Shown piece by piece: positions 31,760 to 43,896 of a stretch of DNA of 64,000 bases (position 1 is its first letter; every line of letters begins with the position of its first letter). This DNA comes from Escherichia phage vB_Eco_Solly. The DNA is taken from the sequence record OY720021; one strand, given 5' to 3'. Under the pieces are notes generated by a model, which did no database searches, had not been told where the DNA came from, and worked only from the letters and a program-made list of their open reading frames with translations. The position numbers were made by a program, and so were the translations under genes.

Positions 31760-31789
31760 ACTATAACACAACACGAGGGACTTGTAAAC
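31760..31789 (-). promoter_or_regulatory. Early promoter upstream of alc
   Basis: Near-identical copy of the 16416..16445 promoter and leader. Confidence 0.6.
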
Positions 31790-31792
31790 AGC

Positions 31793-33380
<1,588 letters not shown>

Positions 33381-33407
33381 AATAAAATGGGCCTTACGGC
33401 CCACTCC

Positions 33408-34586
33408 TTAAAAGTATTTTTTAAAACTCATCATAACTTTATCATCAACATCATTATCAATCTGTGCAACAAGATAAGATGACAGTTCTACTTCTTGTGG
33501 CGCGGATTGAACATTATCAGAATTAAGATATTCACGAATCCAAGGATATGGATGTTTAACCGGAGCATCGGTAATTGGGTATGGAAGACCACACTGTTTC
33601 ATACGAGATACAGTTAAGTAATCAATAAAGCTCCACATGCTATTTGTATTTAATCCAGGAACATCGCCATCTTTAAATAAATGAACTGCCCAATCTTTTT
33701 CTTGGCGGTTAACTTCCATGAAAATATCAACTGCTTCTTGTTCACACTCTTGAGCAATTTTAACCCATTCATCGCCGTCAGTGCCAAGTTGAAGTTGACG
33801 AATAATATATTGGGTGCCTTTAAGATGAAGCTGCTCATCACGTGCAATGAACTTCATAATCTTGGCATTACCTTCCATGATTTCCATGTTCTTATGGAAG
33901 TTAAAGGTACATGCGAAAGATACATAAAAACGAATAGCTTCCAATGCGTTGATTACATGCAAGCAGAGGTAAAGACATTTCATTAAAGCACGTTTAGCTT
34001 CGACTTCTTGTTTAATAGCTCGGTTTAAACGAAAGTCGGCATCGGGAGATTCTTTAGCTAGTTCTACAAATTCTTTAGCATTTTCCCATTCACGGGTTTT
34101 AGTCAGAACATCATCATAATAGCGTCCAATAGATTCGGCTCGTTTCATGATTGCTTCATCTAATACAATCTCATCAAATACCTTCGATGGATCAGTATAA
34201 AGATTTCGCATGATATGTGTATATGAACGACTGTGAATAGTTTCACTAAAAGTCCATGTAGCAACCCATGTATCAAGACTTGGGTCTGAAATTAACGACA
34301 TAAGTACAGCAGACGGTGCACGACCCTGAATGCTATCTAGAAGTGATTGATACTTCAGGTTATTAGTAAAAATATCTTGCTGATATTGAGGAAGCTTGTT
34401 AAATTGCGCAGCATCCATCATTAAGTTTACTTCTTCAGGACGCCAGAAAAATGACAACTGCTTTTCGGTTAAATCTTCAAAAACTTTATGACGTTGAATA
34501 TCATAACGCGCAATACCAAGACCTGAACCAAAAAACATAGGTTCTTTTAAAACATCAACTGGATTTGTATTAAAAACTGTGCTCAT
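33408..34586 (-). CDS. nrdB: Ribonucleotide reductase small subunit, uninterrupted
   Basis: 392 aa continuous ORF; no intron. Confidence 0.9.
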   Translation of the reverse strand: MSTVFNTNPVDVLKEPMFFGSGLGIARYDIQRHKVFEDLTEKQLSFFWRPEEVNLMMDAAQFNKLPQYQQDIFTNNLKYQSLLDSIQGRAPSAVLMSLISDPSLDTWVATWTFSETIHSRSYTHIMRNLYTDPSKVFDEIVLDEAIMKRAESIGRYYDDVLTKTREWENAKEFVELAKESPDADFRLNRAIKQEVEAKRALMKCLYLCLHVINALEAIRFYVSFACTFNFHKNMEIMEGNAKIMKFIARDEQLHLKGTQYIIRQLQLGTDGDEWVKIAQECEQEAVDIFMEVNRQEKDWAVHLFKDGDVPGLNTNSMWSFIDYLTVSRMKQCGLPYPITDAPVKHPYPWIREYLNSDNVQSAPQEVELSSYLVAQIDNDVDDKVMMSFKKYF

Positions 34587-34637
34587 AAATTTTCCACTTA
34601 GTTAATAGATAGTGACTCGTCCATGAGTCAAATTATA

Positions 34638-36902
34638 TCATAATTTACAGGATGAACAATCTTCAGCTTTTGGAGTTTCTATTTCATAATCATCAGTACC
34701 AGAACCATCGCGGGTATTATGATAATAGAAATTTTTTCCGCCAAAATACCAAAAATACAAAAGGTCATCAATCATTATTGACATTGGAACCTTTCCTTTT
34801 GGAAAAATCTGTGGGTCATAATATGTATTCGCCGAAGCTGATTGACAAACCCATTTCAGCATAATAGCTACCTGCGTAAGATAAGGTTTATTACCTTTCT
34901 TAGCTAATTTCCATGTATAATCATAGAGGTCTATGTTATGCTCAATATTGGGCACGACTTGATTAAAGGAGCCCTCTTTTGATTCTTTAACAGAGACTGG
35001 TCCACGTGGAGGCTCGATACCGTTTGTACTGTTAGAAACTTGGGAAGATGACTCACATGGCATAAGTGCTGATAATGTGCTATTACGGATGCCAAAGAGC
35101 TTAAGGTCTTCCCGCAGCGACGACCAGTCACAAACGTATTTTGGAGCTGCGATTTGGTCAATCTTTTTATTGTACCAGTCGATAGGTAATTCGCCTCGAG
35201 ACCAACGAGTGTCTGAATAATATTCGCAAGGTCCTTTTTCTTTGGCGAGCTTAATGGATGCTTTAATGAGTCCATACTGTAATCTCTCAAATAGTTCATG
35301 TGTTAAATCGTTAGCATCTTCATAAGAAGCAAAGTTACTTGCCAGCCAAGCTGCATAGTTAGTAACACCTACACCAAGGTTTCGACGCTTTTTAGCTTTT
35401 TCTGCTTCAGGAACTGGATATCCTTGGTAATCCAAAAGATTATCAAGAGCACGAACTTGAACTTCTGCCAATTCATTAATTTTATCTTGGTCTTGCCAAT
35501 CGAAGTTATCCAGCACAAATGCAGATAACGTGCACAATCCAATTTCAGCATCGGGGCTATTCACATCATTTGTTGGAATAGCAATTTCACAGCACAAGTT
35601 ACTCTGACGAATAGGTGCCTTTTCACGAATAAACGGAGTATAGTTATTCGTATTATCAATGAACTGTACATAAATCCTTGCTGTTCCTGAACGTTCAGTC
35701 ATGAGCAATTCAAATAGTTCACGGGCTTTAATACGCTTTTTACGAATATTAGGGTCTTTTTCTGCGGCTTCGTATAATTCACGGAAACGGTCTTGGTCTT
35801 TAAAATAAGAATAATAAAGCTCGCCACCCATTTCATGCGGACTGAACAAAGTAATGTAATCGTTCTTTCCGAATCGTTCCATCATCAAATCATTCAGCTG
35901 AACACCATAATCCATATGACGAATGCGGTTTTCTTCTACGCCTTTGTTATTTTTCAAAACGAGAAGATTTTCAACTTCCAAATGCCAAATAGGATAATAA
36001 GCAGTAGCAGCGCCGCCACGAATTCCACCCTGTGAACATGATTTAACTGCAGTCTGAAAATGTTTCCAAAAAGGAATAACACCAGTATGACGTACTTCAC
36101 CCATGCCAATCTTAGAACCTTCAGCACGAATCATACCAACATTAATACCAATTCCAGCGCGTTTAGAGATATATTCAACAATTGAAGCGGAAGCCTTATT
36201 GATAGACTTCAATGAATCACCTGCCTCAATAACAACACATGAACTAAACTGTCGAGTTGGAGTACGGCAACCAGCCATAATAGGAGTCGGCAATGAAATC
36301 TGTCGAGTAGATACTGCTTCATAAAAACGAATAACATGTTTTAATCTATCAACAGGTTCATCTTGATGCAGTGCCATTCCAATAGTCATAAATGCAAACT
36401 GCGGAGTTTCATAAATTTGACCAGTGGTTTTATCTTTAACTAGATATTTTTCTTTTAATTGCATCGCCCCGGAATAAGTAAATTCCATATCCCGTTCGTG
36501 CTTAATTTTTGATTCTAAAAATGTAATTTCTTCTGCTGAATATTTTGACAATAATTCAGGGTCATATTTACCTGCATTTACACAGTAAGAAATATGGTCA
36601 ATAAATGAACGCGGTTCATACTGCCCATAAACATGCTTACGAAGAGCAAACATTAAACAGCGTGCAGCTACATATTGATAATCAGGTTCTTCAACCGAAA
36701 TAGAATTCGCAGCAGCCTTAATGACAATAGTCTGAATATCATCAGTTGTCATTCCATCACGGAGATAAGATTTAATATTTTCATATAATTCATAAGGATC
36801 TACTGATGTTCCCTCAGCTGCCCAAGATAAAACTTTAATAATTTTTTGTGGGTCAAAGCTCTGAGAAACACCACTACTTTTGATAACATTAATTAATTGC
36901 AT
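34638..36902 (-). CDS. nrdA: Ribonucleotide reductase large subunit
   Basis: 754 aa; only 51 bp separates it from nrdB. Confidence 0.9.
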   Translation of the reverse strand: MQLINVIKSSGVSQSFDPQKIIKVLSWAAEGTSVDPYELYENIKSYLRDGMTTDDIQTIVIKAAANSISVEEPDYQYVAARCLMFALRKHVYGQYEPRSFIDHISYCVNAGKYDPELLSKYSAEEITFLESKIKHERDMEFTYSGAMQLKEKYLVKDKTTGQIYETPQFAFMTIGMALHQDEPVDRLKHVIRFYEAVSTRQISLPTPIMAGCRTPTRQFSSCVVIEAGDSLKSINKASASIVEYISKRAGIGINVGMIRAEGSKIGMGEVRHTGVIPFWKHFQTAVKSCSQGGIRGGAATAYYPIWHLEVENLLVLKNNKGVEENRIRHMDYGVQLNDLMMERFGKNDYITLFSPHEMGGELYYSYFKDQDRFRELYEAAEKDPNIRKKRIKARELFELLMTERSGTARIYVQFIDNTNNYTPFIREKAPIRQSNLCCEIAIPTNDVNSPDAEIGLCTLSAFVLDNFDWQDQDKINELAEVQVRALDNLLDYQGYPVPEAEKAKKRRNLGVGVTNYAAWLASNFASYEDANDLTHELFERLQYGLIKASIKLAKEKGPCEYYSDTRWSRGELPIDWYNKKIDQIAAPKYVCDWSSLREDLKLFGIRNSTLSALMPCESSSQVSNSTNGIEPPRGPVSVKESKEGSFNQVVPNIEHNIDLYDYTWKLAKKGNKPYLTQVAIMLKWVCQSASANTYYDPQIFPKGKVPMSIMIDDLLYFWYFGGKNFYYHNTRDGSGTDDYEIETPKAEDCSSCKL

Positions 36903-37219
36903 AAGTCCTCAACTTGAAAATCGTCTTTAAACAATCGGTTAACTATATGAGCTATTATATCACCATGACACGGCTTTGGTTTACATGTGCATCCTAGCCT
37001 CATTCCACGTAAAGGCTCTAAATGTGCTTTAGTTATTTCTCCGGATTTAATTCGACGTATAAAATCTTTTTTGAATAATTCAATGGCAGCCTCCCGGCTG
37101 CCAGCATCTTTACCGACGTAATTTCCCCAAAATGTACCACGGTGAATATTAACATCAAAGTCGGATTTATATTTATTCACTACCCGGCATAGACGGCCCG
37201 CGCGGTGATAATTCGTCAT
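36893..37219 (-). CDS. Hypothetical Cys/His-motif protein (nrdA.1-like)
   Basis: 108 aa; [12 protein letters not shown] motif. Confidence 0.5.
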   Translation of the reverse strand: MTNYHRAGRLCRVVNKYKSDFDVNIHRGTFWGNYVGKDAGSREAAIELFKKDFIRRIKSGEITKAHLEPLRGMRLGCTCKPKPCHGDIIAHIVNRLFKDDFQVEDLCN

Positions 37220-37436
37220 ATTGTTTTTCCGTTAATACAGTAATATCATAGTAACAATCGGAAGAAGTTTTAACTGTGGAAATTTTATTATCAAAATACT
37301 CACGAGTCATTTTATGAGTATAGTATTTTTTACCATAAATGGTAATAGGCTGTTCTGGTCCTGGAACTTCTAACTCGCTTGGGTTAGGAAGTGTAAAAAG
37401 AACAACGCCAGAAGTATCTTTAAATCGTAAAATCAT
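37173..37436 (-). CDS. Hypothetical protein (nrdA.2-like)
   Basis: 87 aa; stop overlaps td start. Confidence 0.5.
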   Translation of the reverse strand: MILRFKDTSGVVLFTLPNPSELEVPGPEQPITIYGKKYYTHKMTREYFDNKISTVKTSSDCYYDITVLTEKQYDELSPRGPSMPGSE

Positions 37437-38293
37437 ATTGCCATTTTCCCTTTAATTGCCGGATGCGATTCATAATTTTCAAGGATAAAATCTTTCGGTT
37501 TCATGTATTCAGTTAACCAGTAAAGCTGTGTTTCGGTGTCACAATTTCCAAACTCTATAGGCCAATCAATTTTAAGTTCACACAGTTCTTTAGGCTCACG
37601 ACGTAAAATTTCTTTACATTGTTCTACGTGATTCATATAGATATGAGTATTACCACCAGAAAATATCAAATCTCCTGGGATAAGATTACACATCTTAGCC
37701 ATAATATGCGTCAAGGCAGCGTACGAGGCAATGTTGAATGGCAAGCCCAAGAAAACATCTACACTTCTTTGGTACCACTGTAAATCAAGATAACCATTAC
37801 GCACATTAAACTGATAGAACATATGACAGGGTGGTAATGCCATTTGATTGATTTCAGCTGGATTCCATGCTGAAACGATTTGACGTCGATCAGTTGGTAA
37901 TTTTTTAATACGATCAATAGTTTCAACTAATTGATCCACACCACCGAAATCACGCCATTGTTTACCATATATAGGACCCAGTTCACCACTATGATATCCT
38001 AGGTCTTTAGCTTGGTTTTCATAATTGTCATCCCAGATAGTTTTACCTTGAATAAGACTACCGTGAGTAAGAAGACGTAAATCATTAACATTGGTAGAAC
38101 CGGAAATAAACCATAAAAGCTCAGCAATGCATGCATTCCAGGCGAGCTTCTTAGTTGTTACTGCAGGAAAACCTTTACTTAAATCCCAGCGTAATTTAGT
38201 ACCGAACAAAGCAATTGTTCCTGTGCCCGTTCGGTCATCGGTTTCATAGCCATTTTCAAAAATGTCTTTAATTAAATCTTGGTATTGTTTCAT
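37433..38293 (-). CDS. td: Thymidylate synthase, uninterrupted
   Basis: 286 aa continuous ORF; active-site [12 protein letters not shown]; no group I intron. Confidence 0.95.
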   Translation of the reverse strand: MKQYQDLIKDIFENGYETDDRTGTGTIALFGTKLRWDLSKGFPAVTTKKLAWNACIAELLWFISGSTNVNDLRLLTHGSLIQGKTIWDDNYENQAKDLGYHSGELGPIYGKQWRDFGGVDQLVETIDRIKKLPTDRRQIVSAWNPAEINQMALPPCHMFYQFNVRNGYLDLQWYQRSVDVFLGLPFNIASYAALTHIMAKMCNLIPGDLIFSGGNTHIYMNHVEQCKEILRREPKELCELKIDWPIEFGNCDTETQLYWLTEYMKPKDFILENYESHPAIKGKMAI

Positions 38294-38338
38294 TTAGTAC
38301 CTTATATAAATTATAATACATTTTATGAAGCTAAATAA

Positions 38339-38686
38339 TCAATACGGTTTAGCATCAAATTTTCTCTCAATTTCAGGCGTGAAATATAATTCTTTACCGC
38401 GTTTGGAAAAGCGACCAATAATATGATAATTATTCTCATCAAACGTGATATTACCAATATCCATAGCTTTCAACCAAATATCGATATTTCTATCCAACTT
38501 TATGTCAAAATTCCAATACGGAGAACTATTACCGAAAATACTGCAAGCGGATTCAGTAAAACAACTACTATAAATCTTATCTTTAGGAACTACTAATTGA
38601 TAGACACCTTTAATAAACTGAGGACCCTGCCATTTTGGTTGTTTCGTGTCTTTTTCTAATAGAATAGGGTAATAATTAAAATTCAT
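38339..38686 (-). CDS. Hypothetical protein inserted between frd and td
   Basis: 115 aa ORF, 19 bp downstream of frd stop and 45 bp upstream of td start; weak SD. Confidence 0.55.
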   Translation of the reverse strand: MNFNYYPILLEKDTKQPKWQGPQFIKGVYQLVVPKDKIYSSCFTESACSIFGNSSPYWNFDIKLDRNIDIWLKAMDIGNITFDENNYHIIGRFSKRGKELYFTPEIERKFDAKPY

Positions 38687-38705
38687 ATTTCCGCCACGCG
38701 TTATT

Positions 38706-39532
<827 letters not shown>

Positions 39533-39542
39533 ATTATTTTCC

Positions 39543-39785
39543 TTAAACAGACTTTTTCACATTTTTCCAATCAGCTTTAAACTGCTCGACGTCAGAATGG
39601 TAAATCCAAAATCCTGCGCTTTCTCCATCCTCATAAAGAGGGCATCCATCACATTCATCTTCCCATCCCATATCACGTAAAAGTTGTTCAGCTTTTTCAA
39701 CAAGTTCAGAATCTTTACCGATGATATTAAAATACCATTTACCTTTAACTTCTGAATCTTTGATGCTCTGGCGTTGTAATCTCAT
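39543..39785 (-). CDS. Hypothetical protein (frd.2-like)
   Basis: 80 aa; early promoter at 39790..39840. Confidence 0.5.
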   Translation of the reverse strand: MRLQRQSIKDSEVKGKWYFNIIGKDSELVEKAEQLLRDMGWEDECDGCPLYEDGESAGFWIYHSDVEQFKADWKNVKKSV

Positions 39786-39839
39786 TTTATTCTCCTTAGT
39801 TGATAGGGTAATAGTATCACACTACTACCCTGATGTAAA

Positions 39840-40205
39840 CTACTTTTTGAAAGTTTTTCGCAAAAGTTCAATAATTTCATCTACATTGTTTTCGTCAACA
39901 ATGCAGTGAATTTTCGTTACGCCGGAAACCTTGTCTTCGACTTCATCTTCTTCAGAAGTCGATTCTTTATACTCACGAAAACAATGAAATTCGTCTTCAC
40001 AAACGTTAAAGTAAAAATGCTTTCCATTTGCGCATTCAATGTGTTTTATTACTCTAAATCCATCAGCAGAGAAAGCTTCTTTAACTTCAAACCATCCGCC
40101 ATTTTCTTGAATAATTTTAACTATTGCTGAATTAGAACGTGGGCGATAATTAATAAATGTATCAATAAGTCTTGGAACAAGTTCATACTTTTTACCGATA
40201 TACAT
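39840..40205 (-). CDS. Hypothetical protein (frd.3-like)
   Basis: 121 aa ORF. Confidence 0.5.
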   Translation of the reverse strand: MYIGKKYELVPRLIDTFINYRPRSNSAIVKIIQENGGWFEVKEAFSADGFRVIKHIECANGKHFYFNVCEDEFHCFREYKESTSEEDEVEDKVSGVTKIHCIVDENNVDEIIELLRKTFKK

Positions 40206-40249
40206 TTTCTTTTCCTCATTTTAATAGGGGCTTGATAGCCCCTTGATAA

Positions 40250-40501
40250 TTACTGTTCAATAAATCCTGTGTAAAATTCTACATCTTCAGCATCCATACC
40301 GTCGCAGTATTCATTAACCATAAACTGTTTAAGACGATCTAAAGGACCTTCAATAACAACTGAAACATTACAATTAGGATCATCTAATGCGCTTATGATA
40401 CTAAGTTCAGGATAACGATTACGAATAATTTCTTCAATATATTCAAAATCAACAACATCAATATCAATTTTAGCCATATTATTTTCCTCTTTAATTATCA
40501 A
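40250..40501 (-). CDS. Hypothetical acidic protein
   Basis: 83 aa; preceded by repeated early-promoter cassette 40517..40607. Confidence 0.5.
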   Translation of the reverse strand: MIIKEENNMAKIDIDVVDFEYIEEIIRNRYPELSIISALDDPNCNVSVVIEGPLDRLKQFMVNEYCDGMDAEDVEFYTGFIEQ

Positions 40502-40520
40502 CAGTATTGCCGATAATTGT

Positions 40521-40582
40521 ATAGTACCACAGTATGCTTTGGTTGTAAACCGTTTTGTGAAAAAATTTTTGAAATAAAAAAG
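40521..40582 (-). promoter_or_regulatory. Early promoter with A/T-rich UP element
   Basis: Minus strand GTTTAC, 18-nt spacer, TACTAT; A/T tract upstream; identical copy at 57846..57908. Confidence 0.6.
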
Positions 40583-40622
40583 GGGACCCTAGAGGTCCCC
40601 AATTAATTAGTAATATAATCTG

Positions 40623-41531
40623 TTAAAGGTCATTCAAAAGGTCATCCAGGTCCGTGTCATCAGCACTAGATGAACTGCCAGAGCTTGAGCTCATAAAATC
40701 ATCTTCAGTTTTTGTTTTGAAGTCATCAACATTGAATGCATCCAAATCATCAGCAACTTTATCAGCTTTCTTAGCGGCAGTTGCTGCGGCACCACCCATA
40801 GCAGCAGTTCCCATAACTTGACTGAACTTAGTGCTCAGTTCTTCAAATGATTTGAATTTATCTTTAGAAGTCATTTCAGAAAGGTCAACCATTTGTTCGA
40901 ACAGTTCTTTCTGGAAAGATTCATCGTCAATGTTTGGAATCGCAGATTGATTCAGGAATTTAGATTCGTCGTAGTTACTAAATCCAGAAACTTGTTTAAC
41001 TTTTAGTACAAAGTTAGCACCTTCCCACGGACAAGTTACATCAACCGGAGTTTCACCCATTTCAACATCAACCGCAATCATTGCATTGATTTTATCCCAG
41101 ATTTTCTTACCGAAACGGTATTTAAATACTTTACCTTCATTTTCTGGAGCAGCTGGGTCTTTTACTACAAGAATGTTAGCCCAGTAAGAAGTTTTACGTT
41201 TAACAAGACTGTACTCTTTATTGTCAGTGTTGTACAGATCATTTTTACTAATGTATTGACATACTGGGCAAGAATCGTAATCACCGTGGGTAGATGAACA
41301 ATTTTCGATATACCATTTACCATTTTTCTTGAAACCGTGATTTACAAGAATTGCGAATGGTGCTTGTTCATCATTTTTAGACGGAAGAAAACGAATTACT
41401 GCTTGACCGTTACCCGCATTGTCGAGTTTCAGTTTCCACTCGCCTTTATCTTCAGAAGAAAAACCACCTTTATTTCCAGCCAGTTTAGCCATTTGCGCAG
41501 CGAGTTCAGCAGTAGATTTACGTTTAAACAT
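40623..41531 (-). CDS. 32: Single-stranded DNA-binding protein gp32
   Basis: 302 aa; acidic Ser/Asp-rich C-terminus; conserved leader upstream. Confidence 0.9.
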   Translation of the reverse strand: MFKRKSTAELAAQMAKLAGNKGGFSSEDKGEWKLKLDNAGNGQAVIRFLPSKNDEQAPFAILVNHGFKKNGKWYIENCSSTHGDYDSCPVCQYISKNDLYNTDNKEYSLVKRKTSYWANILVVKDPAAPENEGKVFKYRFGKKIWDKINAMIAVDVEMGETPVDVTCPWEGANFVLKVKQVSGFSNYDESKFLNQSAIPNIDDESFQKELFEQMVDLSEMTSKDKFKSFEELSTKFSQVMGTAAMGGAAATAAKKADKVADDLDAFNVDDFKTKTEDDFMSSSSGSSSSADDTDLDDLLNDL

Positions 41532-41630
41532 TTTTATTTCCTTTTTAATTTAATTAACAGTTGGTGCTATGACGATGTATGACCTCATAGCTGGTCAGTG
41601 AGATAATTATAATCTATTTATAATAAGCAA
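41532..41630 (-). promoter_or_regulatory. Gene 32 leader: A/U-rich translational operator with upstream structured element
   Basis: Minus strand ends UUAAAUUAAAAAGGAAAUAAAAAUG, preceded by self-complementary segment and TATAAATA. Confidence 0.6.
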
Positions 41631-42284
41631 TTAATACTTGCAAGATTTCACAGTTTCAATGAAAACATTTTTAGCTTTCTGCGAATCAATATTTAAAATT
41701 TTTCTATAAGCCTTTAACTTTATAGAATAATTATTCCAGACTAAATTATCAGTCTGTTCATCATGTTTATCAATTATATTTAAAAATGAATCAAGCAAGA
41801 TAAACGTCTCAAACGAAATTATATTCGATTGAAGTAGTTTAAAAATATAGCTTGATTGAACCTTTGGATTATACTCAAAGATTTCTTTAAAAGCAGAAAC
41901 TTCAACTTTTTTACTAAAATAATAAATGTTGCGAATATCTTCTTCAAACTTAAATTTAATTTGTTTTAAGCGTCCGATATATTCACGATAAAACACAAGT
42001 GCATCAGCGTCAGAGATGTCACCAATCCAAGCATCTTGGTTAGCAACCAAATTACTTATAAAGATTAAAGCAAGTTCCTTTAATTTATATTTTTCTGATA
42101 ACTTCTGGAAAAAATACTTATCCCTTCGCTTTTGATAAGCGGCATCAGACACCCGCATGCACCAATTATACTTAATTACATCATACTTTCCATTCATGTG
42201 TTGTTTTATCATTAAGTATAATTTATAAACTGATTTACCATCAATGTATCTTTCACCACCAGCAGGCATGCGGAGTTTAATCAT
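41631..42284 (-). CDS. 59: Helicase loader gp59
   Basis: 217 aa basic protein between 33 and 32. Confidence 0.8.
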   Translation of the reverse strand: MIKLRMPAGGERYIDGKSVYKLYLMIKQHMNGKYDVIKYNWCMRVSDAAYQKRRDKYFFQKLSEKYKLKELALIFISNLVANQDAWIGDISDADALVFYREYIGRLKQIKFKFEEDIRNIYYFSKKVEVSAFKEIFEYNPKVQSSYIFKLLQSNIISFETFILLDSFLNIIDKHDEQTDNLVWNNYSIKLKAYRKILNIDSQKAKNVFIETVKSCKY

Positions 42285-42619
42285 AGTAGAAAATCTAATG
42301 TATTAGTTTTTTCACAACGAACAACAGAAGGACGTAAAAGATTTTCGTCAATAGCTTCTGACTGAATTTTTTCAATTATACCCGAAGGAATAAATTTAGC
42401 AAATTGAGTTTCAGGAATAGAATTTTCTTCCAAGAATGCTGTCGTAGCTTCAAGATAACTCATTCCAAACTCTTCTACCATTTTTTCAATAATAAATCCA
42501 TTTTCTTGACGATCAAGAAGCTTTGCTATTTCATCCTTTTCTTTCTTGATTGAAAGTTCTTTTTCTGAAAGACCGGTCTCATCGACCGGACGAATATCAT
42601 TTAGAGAAAACTGTGTCAT
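42281..42619 (-). CDS. 33: Late transcription co-activator gp33
   Basis: 112 aa from ATG 42619 (MTQFSLN...); overlaps gene 59 start by 4 nt. Confidence 0.75.
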   Translation of the reverse strand: MTQFSLNDIRPVDETGLSEKELSIKKEKDEIAKLLDRQENGFIIEKMVEEFGMSYLEATTAFLEENSIPETQFAKFIPSGIIEKIQSEAIDENLLRPSVVRCEKTNTLDFLL

Positions 42620-42866
42620 AAAGTTCAACTACCTCTTCAGTTTCAGCTTCAAACACATCACGGTTATCTTTATGATACAAAGCTAATAGACGATTAAACA
42701 TCTTGCCATCAACACCAAGTTCATCTTTAGCACGAATTCGAATATCTTTAATCAGTTCATTATAACCGGAAATTTTCAGTTTATGATCAGATGCTTCTTT
42801 AATAAATTTAGCCAAGTCTTCGCCATGGATAGCTTCATCAAATTCAACCATTTCTTTTTTAGCCAT
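42597..42866 (-). CDS. dsbA: Double-stranded DNA-binding protein DsbA
   Basis: 89 aa ORF between rnh and 33. Confidence 0.7.
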   Translation of the reverse strand: MAKKEMVEFDEAIHGEDLAKFIKEASDHKLKISGYNELIKDIRIRAKDELGVDGKMFNRLLALYHKDNRDVFEAETEEVVELYDTVFSK

Positions 42867-42874
42867 TATTCACC

Positions 42875-43792
42875 TCAAAATTCATTAATGCTATTAGTTA
42901 ATTTAGAAAGACCCGCTTTTACAAAATATGAATAAATTTTGCCACGCGGTGGTAATTTATATGAATTATAGTAATTCACAATGTTTGAAGCAATATTATC
43001 AGGAATATAATCAAAATCAATTAGAACTAAATTTTCTTTATAACGATTATATTCAGATTCTGTGAGAAGCACCTTAGCTTGCTCACGGTCATTAGCAATG
43101 GCTTCAACGATTGAAGTTTTCATTGAAGGAGTTCGTTCACCTTCAACTCTGGTAAACCAAAAGTCAGATCGTACTTTAACTGAAGCAACGTTATCCTTTT
43201 TGTCGCCTTTAAGGATTTTAGTCATACAGTCAATTTCAGCAGAACCGCTTTTAATTTTAACCCATTTCTTATGCATCGGCGACCATTGCTTGACATTTGG
43301 ATATTTGTGAAGCTGCGTAAAGTCACCATCCGACGAAATGATTAAAATCTTATGTCCTTCTAAAGAGAACTTTTTAACAAGAACGGCAATATGGTCATCT
43401 GCTTCATACTTATCAATATCCATAACAATGTATGGCATATAAGCTTTCAATTCATCTATAACTTTATGGCTGGATTCAAAATAACCTTCCCAGTCCCAAG
43501 TCGATTCTTCTCGTGCTTTTCCACGGTTTTTCTTATAATAATACGCGAAATCACGACGCCAGTATCCAGATTTCGCGTTATCAATACACAGTACAATTTT
43601 AGTGTATCCAAGCGTTTTTGCTTTTTTGACATTAAACTTAATTGAGTTCAATATCAAATGACGAACCATTGATAAATTAATTTTTTCTTTATCTGGGAAG
43701 TTTACTAAAGCAGTTGAAAGCGCAATTTGACTAAAGTCAATAAAGCAAATTCCTTCTTTGTAATCTTCATCCAGCATCATTTCTAAATCCAT
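42875..43792 (-). CDS. rnh: RNase H / 5'-3' flap exonuclease
   Basis: 305 aa from ATG 43792 (MDLEMM...) with GAGG SD. Confidence 0.85.
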   Translation of the reverse strand: MDLEMMLDEDYKEGICFIDFSQIALSTALVNFPDKEKINLSMVRHLILNSIKFNVKKAKTLGYTKIVLCIDNAKSGYWRRDFAYYYKKNRGKAREESTWDWEGYFESSHKVIDELKAYMPYIVMDIDKYEADDHIAVLVKKFSLEGHKILIISSDGDFTQLHKYPNVKQWSPMHKKWVKIKSGSAEIDCMTKILKGDKKDNVASVKVRSDFWFTRVEGERTPSMKTSIVEAIANDREQAKVLLTESEYNRYKENLVLIDFDYIPDNIASNIVNYYNSYKLPPRGKIYSYFVKAGLSKLTNSINEF

Positions 43793-43854
43793 ATGAACCT
43801 CGTTCAATTAGTGAGATTTCTATTATATACCATCCAAATCTTAAAGTAAACAAG

Positions 43855-43862
43855 TATAAATA
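43855..43862 (+). promoter_or_regulatory. Late promoter TATAAATA for tail fibre gene 34
   Basis: Exact TATAAATA 35 nt upstream of gene 34 ATG. Confidence 0.7.
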
Positions 43863-43896
43863 CTTATTATTGAAAACACAATAGGAGCCCGGGAGA

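Noticed and set aside
33381-33404. Extended start of denA (144 aa) and the similar 12-codon extension of rnlA at 32918..32953
   Set aside because: Extensions start inside terminator hairpins or lack an SD; internal ATGs with good SD give the expected T4 lengths.
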